64,000 nt of DNA from a virus: positions 1 to 64,000 of the IMG/VR virus record IMGVR_UViG_3300033485_000002, one strand, 5' to 3'. Numbering within the stretch: the stretch's first letter is position 1; the number at the start of each line of letters is the position of its first letter. The notes below the pieces were generated by a model that made no database searches, was not told the origin of the DNA, and worked only from the letters and a program-made list of their open reading frames with translations. Made by a program: the position numbers and the translations under genes. This document shows, one piece after another, positions 40,345 through 49,721 of the stretch.

Positions 40345-40373
40345 TTGACGAGTGACGAAGTGGGGTTTACATT
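40345..40373 (+). promoter_or_regulatory. Sigma70 promoter for the replication operon
   Basis: TTGACG-17-TACATT. Confidence 0.75.
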
Positions 40374-40417
40374 AGCTGATCTGAGCCTCCGGAGACTCGG
40401 CAAAGGAGCCAACGCTA

Positions 40418-41722
40418 ATGCCAGTCGGGTGTACCAACTTCCAAATCAACTCATGGCAGACTGTCGCAGATCACTTCCCAGGTGTTCAACCTCTAGCAAA
40501 CCTTGAAGATAACCAGGAGATCGAGTTCCGGAGCTATCAAGCTCTGGCAGTCGCTTCGGTTATCTTTTCCGGTTTCAGGGGGGTGGTTCGAGCGGCTACC
40601 GGTAGCGGGAAAACTTTAATCGCAGCCGGTATCTGTGGTGCATTTTTGCCAAAGCGTTCACTCGTGATGATCCACGGGAGGGAGTTGCTTCGCCAGAATC
40701 ACGAAGAGTTCGTACGTTACCTTGGTAAAGAAAACGTTGGTGTTATCGATACTTCCAAGTTCAATCCGAAACTGATCACGTTGGCGTCAATCGACACGTT
40801 CGCGTTTTACATGGGTAGCCTTCCGTGTAAGAGTACCGGTGTCCCGATCATGAACCCGACTGCGTTTTACGAGCAGAAGAAGCGTTTCCTCGACTACCTT
40901 CAAAATGACGTTGATATGCTGGTTTTCGATGAAGTTCACCATGGTTCAGCCGATACGTGGCAGGATGTGGGAAAGCAAACTGAAGCGTATTACCGTGTTG
41001 GTCTCTCGGGTACACCGTTGAAGCATGACGAATTGTCCGACATGCTCATGATGAGCCTTGTCGGTCCAGTGGTCTACGACCTTAACGCTTCGTGGCTTCA
41101 GAAGAAGGGTTATCTCGCACAGGCGCGACTCGAAATACGTAAGCTCGATTACACGTCACCAAAAACTCGCGGGTTGAATTACCAGCAAGCTAGAAAAGTT
41201 TTATTGATCAACAATCATCAACGTCATGTTCGTATTGCAAGTGATATTTTAGATGCAATTGAAAATACGAACACTCGACTTCTCGTACTCACGGGGAACT
41301 CAGTCGAGATTGCGGAACAAGTCGCTGCTGAACTCGAAGTCCTGGCCAGACCGTTGACTCGTAAACTGGGGTTCGAACCGTTCACCATGGTTACGGGTCA
41401 GATGCACCCGAAGAAGGTAGCGAAAGCCTTCAGTGACCTCCGTAAGGGAAACATCCGGTGTGTCATCACCACGAAGCTGGCTGATGAAGGCATCGATGTG
41501 CCCGACGTGAATCTCCTTTTCCTTGTCGGTGGTGGGAAGGCATATGTGTCCACCGTCCAGCGTATCGGTCGGGGTCTCCGTAAGAAGGACGGGGAGCGAG
41601 AGCTGTTGGTGGTGGATTACTTTACGTTGGGGAATAAGTACATGGAAAAGCATGATAAGCAACGGCTTAAGACCTACGAAGCGGAGGATTTCTTTTACCA
41701 GATCGACATCATCGATGCCTAA
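40418..41722 (+). CDS. uvsW: SF2 DNA helicase (UvsW-like core)
   Basis: RSYQ Q-motif, ATGSGKT, DEVHH, GLSGTP, EGIDVP, QRIGRGLR. Confidence 0.9.
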   Translation: MPVGCTNFQINSWQTVADHFPGVQPLANLEDNQEIEFRSYQALAVASVIFSGFRGVVRAATGSGKTLIAAGICGAFLPKRSLVMIHGRELLRQNHEEFVRYLGKENVGVIDTSKFNPKLITLASIDTFAFYMGSLPCKSTGVPIMNPTAFYEQKKRFLDYLQNDVDMLVFDEVHHGSADTWQDVGKQTEAYYRVGLSGTPLKHDELSDMLMMSLVGPVVYDLNASWLQKKGYLAQARLEIRKLDYTSPKTRGLNYQQARKVLLINNHQRHVRIASDILDAIENTNTRLLVLTGNSVEIAEQVAAELEVLARPLTRKLGFEPFTMVTGQMHPKKVAKAFSDLRKGNIRCVITTKLADEGIDVPDVNLLFLVGGGKAYVSTVQRIGRGLRKKDGERELLVVDYFTLGNKYMEKHDKQRLKTYEAEDFFYQIDIIDA

Positions 41723-42708
41723 TGTACACCGATGATCTTCCTCCGTACGCAGATAAGGATCCTGATTACGCTGTCCTCAAGGATCCTGATGAGATCGTGG
41801 TGCTCCGCATGCTCAAGACCTACGAGGATCTGATCCTCCGGTACACGAGCAAATCCCCCCTTGTCTACAATAACTTCAATGGCACTGATAACTTCCGTAA
41901 GTCTAGGGCATACAAACCCATGTGCCGTTTGGCGGGGAAAATTCGCACCGCCAAGATAGCGGACCCGGCCCACTTCATTGCGTTCATCTTCGAGCTTTGG
42001 GCGACTCAGCCGAAGCAGCATGAGCGTAAGTTTCAAATGCGGAAGAAAGGGATGGGACAGTTTCAAGGCTCGGGGGTGGACTACCCTTCGCTGAAGTACA
42101 TCGTTGACTGCGGGGATGCGCTGCTGCAAGAGTTTGCCGCCATCACTAACTATAAGCCGACGCACTTCATGCCGAGGGACGACTATGCCAACCGTGACCG
42201 GCAGATGATCCGGAACATGGTGGATCGATGGTGCGAGATGGAGGGTAAGACACCTGCGGACTACTGGACGACGCCTCAGCATCTGCGGGACTTGGAGTGG
42301 AAGTACATCGATTACGCGGACTCGTTGTGGGAGTGTGATGCCCTGATCCAGGAGAAATTCGGATTTAGTGTACAGGAGATGAAGGAGTACCTCATCGAGA
42401 GGGAAAGGGTCACTAGGGAGTACTTCGAAACCCACCCTCCGATCCCGTTCAAGCACATCACCGTGTTGGATTGGGAGGAAGAGAACGAGGTCGATCAGGA
42501 GCGGATCGACCGGTACCAGCAGGCCATCGAACAGGGTATCGACGTTACGACCGAAGAATTTCAGAAAGGCGTAGAAGATACTGTAAACCCCATTGACATA
42601 GATCATCCGGATACGCTCGCTTGGTATTTCTTTGGTATCGGCCAGCCACGTCGTCGGGATGGGGAGGAGATAGACGTTGCCGAAGATTTTGGAACTTCTG
42701 ACGGATGA
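41722..42708 (+). CDS. Hypothetical protein in the replication operon (possible loader/initiator)
   Basis: 328 aa coupled between two helicases; no recognised motif. Confidence 0.65.
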   Translation: MYTDDLPPYADKDPDYAVLKDPDEIVVLRMLKTYEDLILRYTSKSPLVYNNFNGTDNFRKSRAYKPMCRLAGKIRTAKIADPAHFIAFIFELWATQPKQHERKFQMRKKGMGQFQGSGVDYPSLKYIVDCGDALLQEFAAITNYKPTHFMPRDDYANRDRQMIRNMVDRWCEMEGKTPADYWTTPQHLRDLEWKYIDYADSLWECDALIQEKFGFSVQEMKEYLIERERVTREYFETHPPIPFKHITVLDWEEENEVDQERIDRYQQAIEQGIDVTTEEFQKGVEDTVNPIDIDHPDTLAWYFFGIGQPRRRDGEEIDVAEDFGTSDG

Positions 42709-44086
42709 CTTTCGATACGATACGTTAGCCTACATCATCAGGGATCAACTTGTTGCGAAGTCACTCATACACGGAATACCCGATGACTTCTACGCTTACA
42801 ACCCACGGTTGAACGCGATCTTCTTAGGGTTCCGGGAGTTTCTGAGTAAGTATGGGTGCCGCCCGAGAGAGCATGAGCTGGAAGATTATCTTCAGGACTA
42901 TGTCCAGAAGAACAAGCTGGATGTCCACCAGCAGCAGGCGTTGTTCTCCCAGTTGCATGATGTTTGGCGGTGGAGCAACTATTCGTCGGATCGAGTAAAA
43001 GAGAAGTTCTCGAAGGCTATCAAGTGGCATAACCTGTTACGTGTCGGCCTCCAGATGCCGGATCTGGCTGATAACGATGACTTCGACAGTTTGTTGAAGG
43101 CGTGGAAGGATGCCGTGTCATTGGGGGTGGAAGACACTCCGGTCACCGAGTACTGGAAAGACATCAGTGACCGTATGGAGCGGCGTAAGAACCAGAAGAA
43201 ACGGTTGATTCCGACAGGATTTACGCCTCTTGATGAGATGGTCAGCGGGGGGCTTCCCCGAGGGGCGCTGGCGTTGTTGCTGGGAGGCACGGGGTTCGGG
43301 AAGAGCGCCTTCCTTTCACAGATCGCGATGCAGGGGTCACGGCAGGGATACCGGACGGCCTTCATTACCCTGGAGTTGGATGCTGATTCGGTGATGGCGA
43401 GGATGGATGCATTCAACACCAACTTGCCGGTGGAGACCTTGCCGCATAAAGGCCCCACATGTGCCAAAAAGCTGTATGAAGTTTTCGAGGGTGACCCAAC
43501 GCAACTCCCGGCTGAGATGTTTGTGAAGTATTACCCCACCAAGAGCATCGACCTGACCCACATCGAGTCTTTCTTGGAGCGGCTCCGGATGGAGCAGGGG
43601 GTCACTCTCGATCTGCTGGTGGTGGATTACTTCGACCTGTTGAAGATGGTCGGCGTGTACAAGGACAAGTGGGCGGCGCTGGAGGAGAACTGCGAGATCC
43701 TGCGAGGCATGGCGGGCAAGTACGACATGGCGATCTGGACCGCAGGGCAGACCCGGCGTGACGGCATCAGCAAGGAGCTGGTCGGGATGGATGACATCTC
43801 GGCCTCGTTCGGCAAGGTGTTCCCGCTGGACCTGATGCTGACCATGAGCCAGACCCCGGAGGAGCGGATCAAGAAGGCGATGCGGGTGCGAGCGGCCAAG
43901 AACCGTTTCGGCCCCACGGACGGCATCATGTTCGTTGAGCATGACTTTACCAGGATGCGCTTTACCGCCTTCTCAGAGGATGAGGCGAAGAAGAAGGGTC
44001 TCTACACTCCCAAGGGGAAGAAGAAGCGCAATGCTAGCGCCTCTACAGGGACGCTGTACCAGGGCTTTGGCACCCAGGGGCCATGA
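42677..44086 (+). CDS. dnaB: Replicative DNA helicase (DnaB/gp41-like)
   Basis: GGAGG + TTG; IPTGF..LD, GGTGFGKS, ITLEL, VVDYFDL, WTAGQ, AKNRFG. Confidence 0.93.
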   Translation: MPKILELLTDDFRYDTLAYIIRDQLVAKSLIHGIPDDFYAYNPRLNAIFLGFREFLSKYGCRPREHELEDYLQDYVQKNKLDVHQQQALFSQLHDVWRWSNYSSDRVKEKFSKAIKWHNLLRVGLQMPDLADNDDFDSLLKAWKDAVSLGVEDTPVTEYWKDISDRMERRKNQKKRLIPTGFTPLDEMVSGGLPRGALALLLGGTGFGKSAFLSQIAMQGSRQGYRTAFITLELDADSVMARMDAFNTNLPVETLPHKGPTCAKKLYEVFEGDPTQLPAEMFVKYYPTKSIDLTHIESFLERLRMEQGVTLDLLVVDYFDLLKMVGVYKDKWAALEENCEILRGMAGKYDMAIWTAGQTRRDGISKELVGMDDISASFGKVFPLDLMLTMSQTPEERIKKAMRVRAAKNRFGPTDGIMFVEHDFTRMRFTAFSEDEAKKKGLYTPKGKKKRNASASTGTLYQGFGTQGP

Positions 44087-45129
44087 TGGGTAGGGCCATC
44101 CGTCCAAACGTGCTGGAGAGGCTCCTGGACAAGGTGTGGCCCGATCACAGGGTGGAGAAGGATGGCACCGAGCACATGGTCGAGTGCCCCTTCTGTGACA
44201 CGGATAAAGCCAAGTGCGCTGTGAACCCCGGAAAGGGCGTGTTCCAGTGCTGGGTGTGTACGGAGAAGGGACCGGTTCAGAAGCTGCTGTTCCATCTCCG
44301 TGACCTGAAGATCATCACCCAAGCGGACATAGATGCCGTGATGGTGGGCAAGGGTATCCCGGCACTTTCTGACGCCATCCAGGTATTGAAGCCAAAAGCA
44401 GCTAAGAAGAAAGAGCAGTATTGGAGTAACATCATCCCCTGCGTGTACCCGCCCCACACCCAGGAGCTGATGACTATGATGGCGCATAACACCCTGGAGG
44501 GTAGACTCCGTAGGGCAGCCATCGAGTACCTGAACAATCGAGGGGTAACGGACGAAAATATCAAGGAGTTCCGGCTGGCTCTCTGCACTGAGCTGGGGTC
44601 ACCGTACTATGGGCACATATTCTTCCCGGCATTGGGGAAGTGGGGTAGGCAGCTTACCTTCTGGACCACGAGGAGCATCCTTCCGAACCCGGAGCCGAAA
44701 AGCCTTCATGCAAGTGGCAAGTACTCGCGGTTTTCGGCGAAGCAGATCCTAATGAACGAGCATTTGGTTGTAGGTACAACGGTGGTTCTATGTGAAGGCC
44801 CGTTTGATGCTATCAGCATTATGAATGCCACCGGTTATCCTGCATGCCCGCTTCTGGGGAAGATCTTTCACGAGTATCAGTTCAACCTGTTGAAGGACGA
44901 GAAGAAGATCGAGCGGGTGTACGTTTGTTTGGACCCGGATGCCAGGGAATTCCAGGATAATATCACGCATAAGTTCACTAAACCGATCAAGACGTACGTG
45001 GTGTTGTTGGAAGGTGGAGACCCGAACGAGGTATCCCCGGAGACGTTGAGAGCCGCCTTTCAAGCGGCGGCTCCCTCAGCGAATGATCAGGTCTATCGTC
45101 AGTTTTCGAAGCTTCGTGAACGGGTTTAG
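44083..45129 (+). CDS. dnaG: DNA primase (Zn finger + TOPRIM)
   Basis: CPFC...CWVC, YLNNRG, CEGPFDA, CLDPDA, GDPNE. Confidence 0.92.
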   Translation: MMGRAIRPNVLERLLDKVWPDHRVEKDGTEHMVECPFCDTDKAKCAVNPGKGVFQCWVCTEKGPVQKLLFHLRDLKIITQADIDAVMVGKGIPALSDAIQVLKPKAAKKKEQYWSNIIPCVYPPHTQELMTMMAHNTLEGRLRRAAIEYLNNRGVTDENIKEFRLALCTELGSPYYGHIFFPALGKWGRQLTFWTTRSILPNPEPKSLHASGKYSRFSAKQILMNEHLVVGTTVVLCEGPFDAISIMNATGYPACPLLGKIFHEYQFNLLKDEKKIERVYVCLDPDAREFQDNITHKFTKPIKTYVVLLEGGDPNEVSPETLRAAFQAAAPSANDQVYRQFSKLRERV

Positions 45130-46586
45130 ACGTTAATGCCGCCCTTGAGCGCTGCTTGAGCGAGCTTTCGCTCTCTGGCTTTTTTGATCGCTTGGCTGGC
45201 TTTGTTGATTCCTTTGTCTGCGGCAGTCCAGGCTGCGGTATCGATGACTGTGCTGCGGACAAAAGGACTGCGGACGAACTTGCTGGCAGCGGCAATAACC
45301 GGGCGTCCGAATCGGGCAAGAATCCCTACTGCGGGTCCGATCTCGGTAAGGTTGGCCCTACGCTCGAAGGCAGAGGCATGCATGCGCCTCTTTCTGGTGA
45401 GGGCATTGACACCGGCATTGAGTGCCATACTTGTCCCGACTTCCTTAGCAACAGTTCGCACGATGGGTTTTGCTGCGAATCTGGTAGCAGCAGCGCGAAG
45501 TCCAGCTCCCAGGGCGACACGACCAGCAGCAGCAACAACTGGAGCGGCTACTAGGGGGTTTTCGGTGATGTCATCGGTGGCATCGATGTCGGCCATCAGT
45601 CCCATGCCTTGTGCTGCCCTTTTTGCCCCACTCCTACCCATGATGATCGGATTCCCTGTTGCTGCCCCTAAAGCCATCCGGATTTTACCCGCTTCATAGA
45701 TTCGGGCAGCGGCATTGATCACTGGATCCTCGATGTCATCACCAACAACGGTTTTTTTGGTGTTGGTCTTAGTCTTCTGGTTTAGCTTGATGGGACCGGC
45801 AGCTTTTGCGTTTTGCGTTCGGATTTTCCCCCCATCCTGACTCAGCATGAGAGCGGTGTGGGCCGTGTGTTGAGGGTGGAGTTTGGTATAGGCAGACCCA
45901 GCTTGGGGTTTCGCTTTTGCAGCTTCCATGATGTCCTCGTGAGTGGGCTTAGGTTTATGCGGTGTCTTAGCCCGGAAATGCCCGGTGCCAAGCTCTTGCT
46001 CCTGACCGAGTTGCTTTAACTTGGCGGCATATTCGGGGTCACGGCGAATCTTGGCTCGCATGGTCAGTTCGTGGGAGCCAACGTCAACGGCGGTTCTCTG
46101 GGCAGTCTGTGAGAGTGTTTCACCTGTCCATCTAAGTAAAGGGTGCCGAGAGAGCAGTCGCTTGGTTGCCCCTTTCAGGACACGGTATTTATGCCCACCG
46201 GGGAGGCTTTTGGCCCCAACACGGATATGTTGCAAAGCTCGCTTGGGCCACTTTTTCCATCGTTTGATCACGCCCGACCTGAGCATGACATCTTTCGGCC
46301 CCATCGGCCTTTCGTCTTCCTCAACTCGCCTACGATAAATCAAGGGAGCTTCCTCTTTAAAGCGCTTTTTGGCATAGCGCTTTTCCCGCCAGTCTACGTA
46401 CTTGTTGACACCCTTTTGACGGGTGTCTTCACCTTTTTGGATACCGATCATTTGGGCGGCTTGGACCGCAACACCCCCTGGATACGTGTTTTTGAAGGCT
46501 TCGGCTTGCCGTCTGAAGCCCCAATATAGCCCGTATGAGTCAGGTGTTTCGGAACCTTGGTGTTTTGGGCGTCCAGATGCAGGCAT
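45126..46586 (-). CDS. Basic Ala/Gly-rich protein, putative internal-head polyprotein
   Basis: TAGGAG RBS on the minus strand; K/R-rich amphipathic segments separated by I/L-x-E sites. Confidence 0.7.
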   Translation of the reverse strand: MPASGRPKHQGSETPDSYGLYWGFRRQAEAFKNTYPGGVAVQAAQMIGIQKGEDTRQKGVNKYVDWREKRYAKKRFKEEAPLIYRRRVEEDERPMGPKDVMLRSGVIKRWKKWPKRALQHIRVGAKSLPGGHKYRVLKGATKRLLSRHPLLRWTGETLSQTAQRTAVDVGSHELTMRAKIRRDPEYAAKLKQLGQEQELGTGHFRAKTPHKPKPTHEDIMEAAKAKPQAGSAYTKLHPQHTAHTALMLSQDGGKIRTQNAKAAGPIKLNQKTKTNTKKTVVGDDIEDPVINAAARIYEAGKIRMALGAATGNPIIMGRSGAKRAAQGMGLMADIDATDDITENPLVAAPVVAAAGRVALGAGLRAAATRFAAKPIVRTVAKEVGTSMALNAGVNALTRKRRMHASAFERRANLTEIGPAVGILARFGRPVIAAASKFVRSPFVRSTVIDTAAWTAADKGINKASQAIKKARERKLAQAALKGGINV

Positions 46587-46631
46587 ATCTGTCTCCTATC
46601 ACGTGTAATAAAGCGATTTTACCAATTGGGC

Positions 46632-46730
46632 TTCCGGGAGAGGTTTTTTGCGTCATACCGGAGCTGATTCTGGGAGTCCCAGAACCCGTTCTGGGACAGT
46701 TAAGTGCTTGAAAACACATCGTTTCTGGGA
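46632..46730. repeat. TTCTGGGA direct and inverted repeats
   Basis: Copies at 46668, 46689 and 46723; inverted copy at 46677; variant TTCCGGGA at 46632. Confidence 0.7.
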
Positions 46731-46762
46731 ATCTAGGAGCCATTATTTTGAAAAGCGTTTTA

Positions 46763-46798
46763 GGGGGGGTCGGGGCGGGGGGGTCGGGTAGGGTTGGG
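46763..46798 (+). other. G-quadruplex-forming tract
   Basis: G7-TC-G4-C-G7-TC-G3-TA-G3-TT-G3. Confidence 0.7.
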
Positions 46799-47072
46799 CA
46801 CTCGCGGAGAATCATTCAACACGCCTGAAAAGCCTATCGTGGCTTATGCTTTCTCAGGACGGGCGAGATGGTAGAGAATGGGCATAGGCACGGGAGCGCC
46901 CGCTCCCGCGTGTCAGAGAGATCCTCGGCTCTCTCTGCGTCTCTGCGTCGCATTTCCCCCGACTGCCACAACTGTGGGTGGTTCTGCTCCAAGCGCCGGG
47001 AATTCACTCCGGCCTGGGGGTGGGGTACGCCCACGCAACCGGCAACCTCGTTGCCAGAAGGAAAGGTCCGCT

Positions 47073-47495
47073 ATGACCAAGCGCCAGTCGTCCAAGTCCA
47101 CGAAGTCCAACGCGAACACCGCCGACCCCATCGTCCCGATCTACATGTACGTGACCCTGCTCGTGCTCACCCAGGGTGGTGAGTGGAAGCGGCACCAGGA
47201 CACCGTCAGCGACCTCAAGGCGATCCGCAACGCCTACCTGCCCACCGACCGCATCGACTGCTCGAAGGTGAAGGCGATGCTCGACGAGTCGCCCGGTGTG
47301 AAGATCGAGATGCCGCTGTCCCGTGAGGGTGTGGCCAACCTCGTCGCGAAGCTCGACGCCGTCCCGGTCACGTCGCTCGACGAGGCGGCGCGGCTGCTCA
47401 AGGCCAAGGCCCGCATCGAGCGGATGGTGGCCTACAAGTCGGCGGTGCCCGCCGTGTCGAAGGTCGTGCTCCGTGCCGGTTACGCCATCAAGTAG
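47073..47495 (+). CDS. First early-region hypothetical protein
   Basis: GAAAGG RBS, strong GC3 codon bias. Confidence 0.75.
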   Translation: MTKRQSSKSTKSNANTADPIVPIYMYVTLLVLTQGGEWKRHQDTVSDLKAIRNAYLPTDRIDCSKVKAMLDESPGVKIEMPLSREGVANLVAKLDAVPVTSLDEAARLLKAKARIERMVAYKSAVPAVSKVVLRAGYAIK

Positions 47496-47603
47496 ATACT
47501 CTCGAACCCCCCGCCGAGGGGGGGTTCTTCGAAGCCACTCAGCCCTGGGGTGGTTTCGGAGAACCCGCAACATCAACGCTCGGCTCAACGAAAGGGGTTG
47601 CCT

Positions 47604-47975
47604 GTGGCACAGAAATTCTATCAACGCATCGACTGGAACGGCGGAGGCGTGACGCACGTCTTCAAGCTGTTCCTCTGGACCATCGCCTTCGGGTGGTTCG
47701 GCAACTGCACCCCCCGGACGCTTCAATTCCAGCGCACGGGTCGCGTCCTGGAGATCGCCTACGTTCACAAGAACCTGCGGGACACCGTGCTGTGGTTCAA
47801 CCTCGGTCGGCACCGGTACGACGAGAATGGTAGGCGGCTCACGTACCGGTTCGCCTGGAACTCGGAGTGGATCGCCGGTCGGTGGGGGAAGTCTCTCGAA
47901 GATGAGGGGCCGTGCCCTCGTCACCCTGACGCCGTCATCTACGATGGGTGGCTCGGCTACCACCTGTGGGTTTGA
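47604..47975 (+). CDS. Hypothetical protein
   Basis: GAAAGGGG RBS + GTG. Confidence 0.7.
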   Translation: MAQKFYQRIDWNGGGVTHVFKLFLWTIAFGWFGNCTPRTLQFQRTGRVLEIAYVHKNLRDTVLWFNLGRHRYDENGRRLTYRFAWNSEWIAGRWGKSLEDEGPCPRHPDAVIYDGWLGYHLWV

Positions 47976-47976
47976 A

Positions 47977-48037
47977 GGCGAAACGGGGCGAAAGCCCCGT
48001 TGTACCGGGTGGTTCCCGGTACCTGATGAGCCAGCCG
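47977..48037 (+). ncRNA. Type II hammerhead ribozyme
   Basis: GGC-GAAA-CGGGGC(GAAA)GCCCCG-U-U-GUACCGGG(UGGUU)CCCGGUAC-CUGAUGA-GCC: full conserved core and all three stems. Confidence 0.92.
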
Positions 48038-48067
48038 CTCGACTTCGTCTTTGAAAGGGGTATGCCT

Positions 48068-48454
48068 ATGTCCGTTCCAGGGTATCCGGTCGTGTACTCG
48101 ACCGAAGAGGACAGCGACAAGGGCGTCAAAGTCCATTGCGCTGTCTGCGGTCGAGACTACAAGGGGGATTCCCCCCACCAAGCGTACGGTTGCGCGTCGT
48201 CCATCGACAACGGTCAGATCTCCGGGGGCTACGGTTCCGTCGTCGCCGATTTCACCATCTTCAATATCGTGCAGGACTTCGGAGTCACCCAAGGCGACAT
48301 CTGCGACGAGTGCATCCTCAACCTCTTCGACGCGGGCAAGATCATCCACGTCAAGAACGAGTTGCCCGAGGACAGCGAGCGCCCGTTCAACTCGAAGTAC
48401 TATCGCCAGTATCTCGACAGCGTCAAGCACGAGATCGAGTTCTACGGGAACTAG
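48068..48454 (+). CDS. Hypothetical Zn-binding protein
   Basis: GAAAGGGG RBS; CAVC...CDEC. Confidence 0.75.
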   Translation: MSVPGYPVVYSTEEDSDKGVKVHCAVCGRDYKGDSPHQAYGCASSIDNGQISGGYGSVVADFTIFNIVQDFGVTQGDICDECILNLFDAGKIIHVKNELPEDSERPFNSKYYRQYLDSVKHEIEFYGN

Positions 48455-48465
48455 GGAGCTGCATC

Positions 48466-48750
48466 ATGGCACTCCCTCTGACCGAGGAACTTGGTGACCT
48501 GAAGCTGCGCGAGTTGTACGAGGCGCTGAAAGCGCTCGTGTATCGCGACGAGTACTGCACCGACAACGAGCATGGTATCGCGAACTACGTCCTCGAACAC
48601 GGCCCGACGCGCATCCACCTGTACCGCTACTTGGGGGGCGTGACCTTCGTCCTCACCTTGACGTACACCCCGATCGGCGGGCCGCAGCGCGTCTTAGAAT
48701 TCGTTGACCAAGTGGAGGACGGCCAGTTCTTCATGCTCACTTCGCTGTAA
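48466..48750 (+). CDS. Hypothetical protein
   Basis: GGGAG RBS, codon bias. Confidence 0.65.
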   Translation: MALPLTEELGDLKLRELYEALKALVYRDEYCTDNEHGIANYVLEHGPTRIHLYRYLGGVTFVLTLTYTPIGGPQRVLEFVDQVEDGQFFMLTSL

Positions 48751-48824
48751 ACCCTCGATAGCGTCGAGTACCGCGTATCTTGTTGATCTATCAGCAGTTT
48801 CCAACTCAGGAAAGGGGACATACT

Positions 48825-49634
48825 GTGTCCAATCTGACTCCCAGTCGCATCGCCTGCTTCGACCGCTTCGCGGAGCGAGTCGAAGACTTCCTCAACGCGA
48901 ACTCCAAGCCCTCGAAGAACGGTCACCGCTCCCTCATCGCGGCGATCTTCGAGGTCATCGTGACCATCTGCTTCCGACCCACCGCCCTCGCGCCGGTCAT
49001 GCACAACGGCGTGTCGCTCCAGGCCACGGGCATGACCAAGCGGCGCTTCCAGCTCCGCGCCCCCAAGACGCTGCCGAACGGCAAGCCCAACCCGAAGGCC
49101 GACATGCTGATCTTCGATCGGGCGACCGGCAACCCGGTGTACTCGAAGGCCCACGCCCAGATGTACACCGCCAAGGCGTTCCGGGAGTGGCGGGCAACGC
49201 AGACTGGTCTCAAGACCCCCGAGACCGTGTACGTCGTCAACTGGGACAAGGTCTCCCAGGCCAAGCAGCAGGGTCTCGCCAAGTCCTTCCCGCCCAAGCG
49301 CGACGGCAAGCCCGAGTTCGTGCCCCAGGTCGTCGGCATCCTGCTCCGGAAGGGCAACAAGCCCGCCAAGGGCGAGAAGCGCCACTCGTGGCAGCGGCTC
49401 ATGCTCGTCGTGGTCGGCAAGTACGGCGAGTTCGGCACCTGCGTGATCCCGAACGCCGCCGTCTGGCAGTCGGGCTGCGTCAAGGCGCTGGGTGAGGCGA
49501 TCGGTTGCCCCGAGGCCGACATCCCGGTCTGGGACGACGAGAACGAGGCCCAGTTCGCCGCCCAGTTCTCCAAGGCCGCCAACGCGGTGATGGAGGCGCA
49601 GCGGCACGGCATCGACCTCGACTTCGACTTCTAG
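48825..49634 (+). CDS. Hypothetical basic protein with an acidic DLDFDF tail
   Basis: GAAAGGGG RBS + GTG; very strong GC3 bias. Confidence 0.75.
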   Translation: MSNLTPSRIACFDRFAERVEDFLNANSKPSKNGHRSLIAAIFEVIVTICFRPTALAPVMHNGVSLQATGMTKRRFQLRAPKTLPNGKPNPKADMLIFDRATGNPVYSKAHAQMYTAKAFREWRATQTGLKTPETVYVVNWDKVSQAKQQGLAKSFPPKRDGKPEFVPQVVGILLRKGNKPAKGEKRHSWQRLMLVVVGKYGEFGTCVIPNAAVWQSGCVKALGEAIGCPEADIPVWDDENEAQFAAQFSKAANAVMEAQRHGIDLDFDF

Positions 49635-49644
49635 TCGAGCTAAC

Positions 49645-49673
49645 GAGGGGGCCTCGTGGCCCCCTCACTTTTT
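49645..49673 (+). terminator. Intrinsic terminator
   Basis: GAGGGGGCC-TCGT-GGCCCCCTC then ACTTTTT. Confidence 0.75.
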
Positions 49674-49721
49674 CGAAAGCTCTTGGCAATGGAGCCGAGC
49701 GCTTTCGAGAAAGGGGATCTT

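Noticed and set aside
40046-40417. Group I/II intron joining the two UvsW parts
   Set aside because: No recognisable P7 or domain V motifs, and the downstream part has its own promoter and RBS; not excluded without RT-PCR
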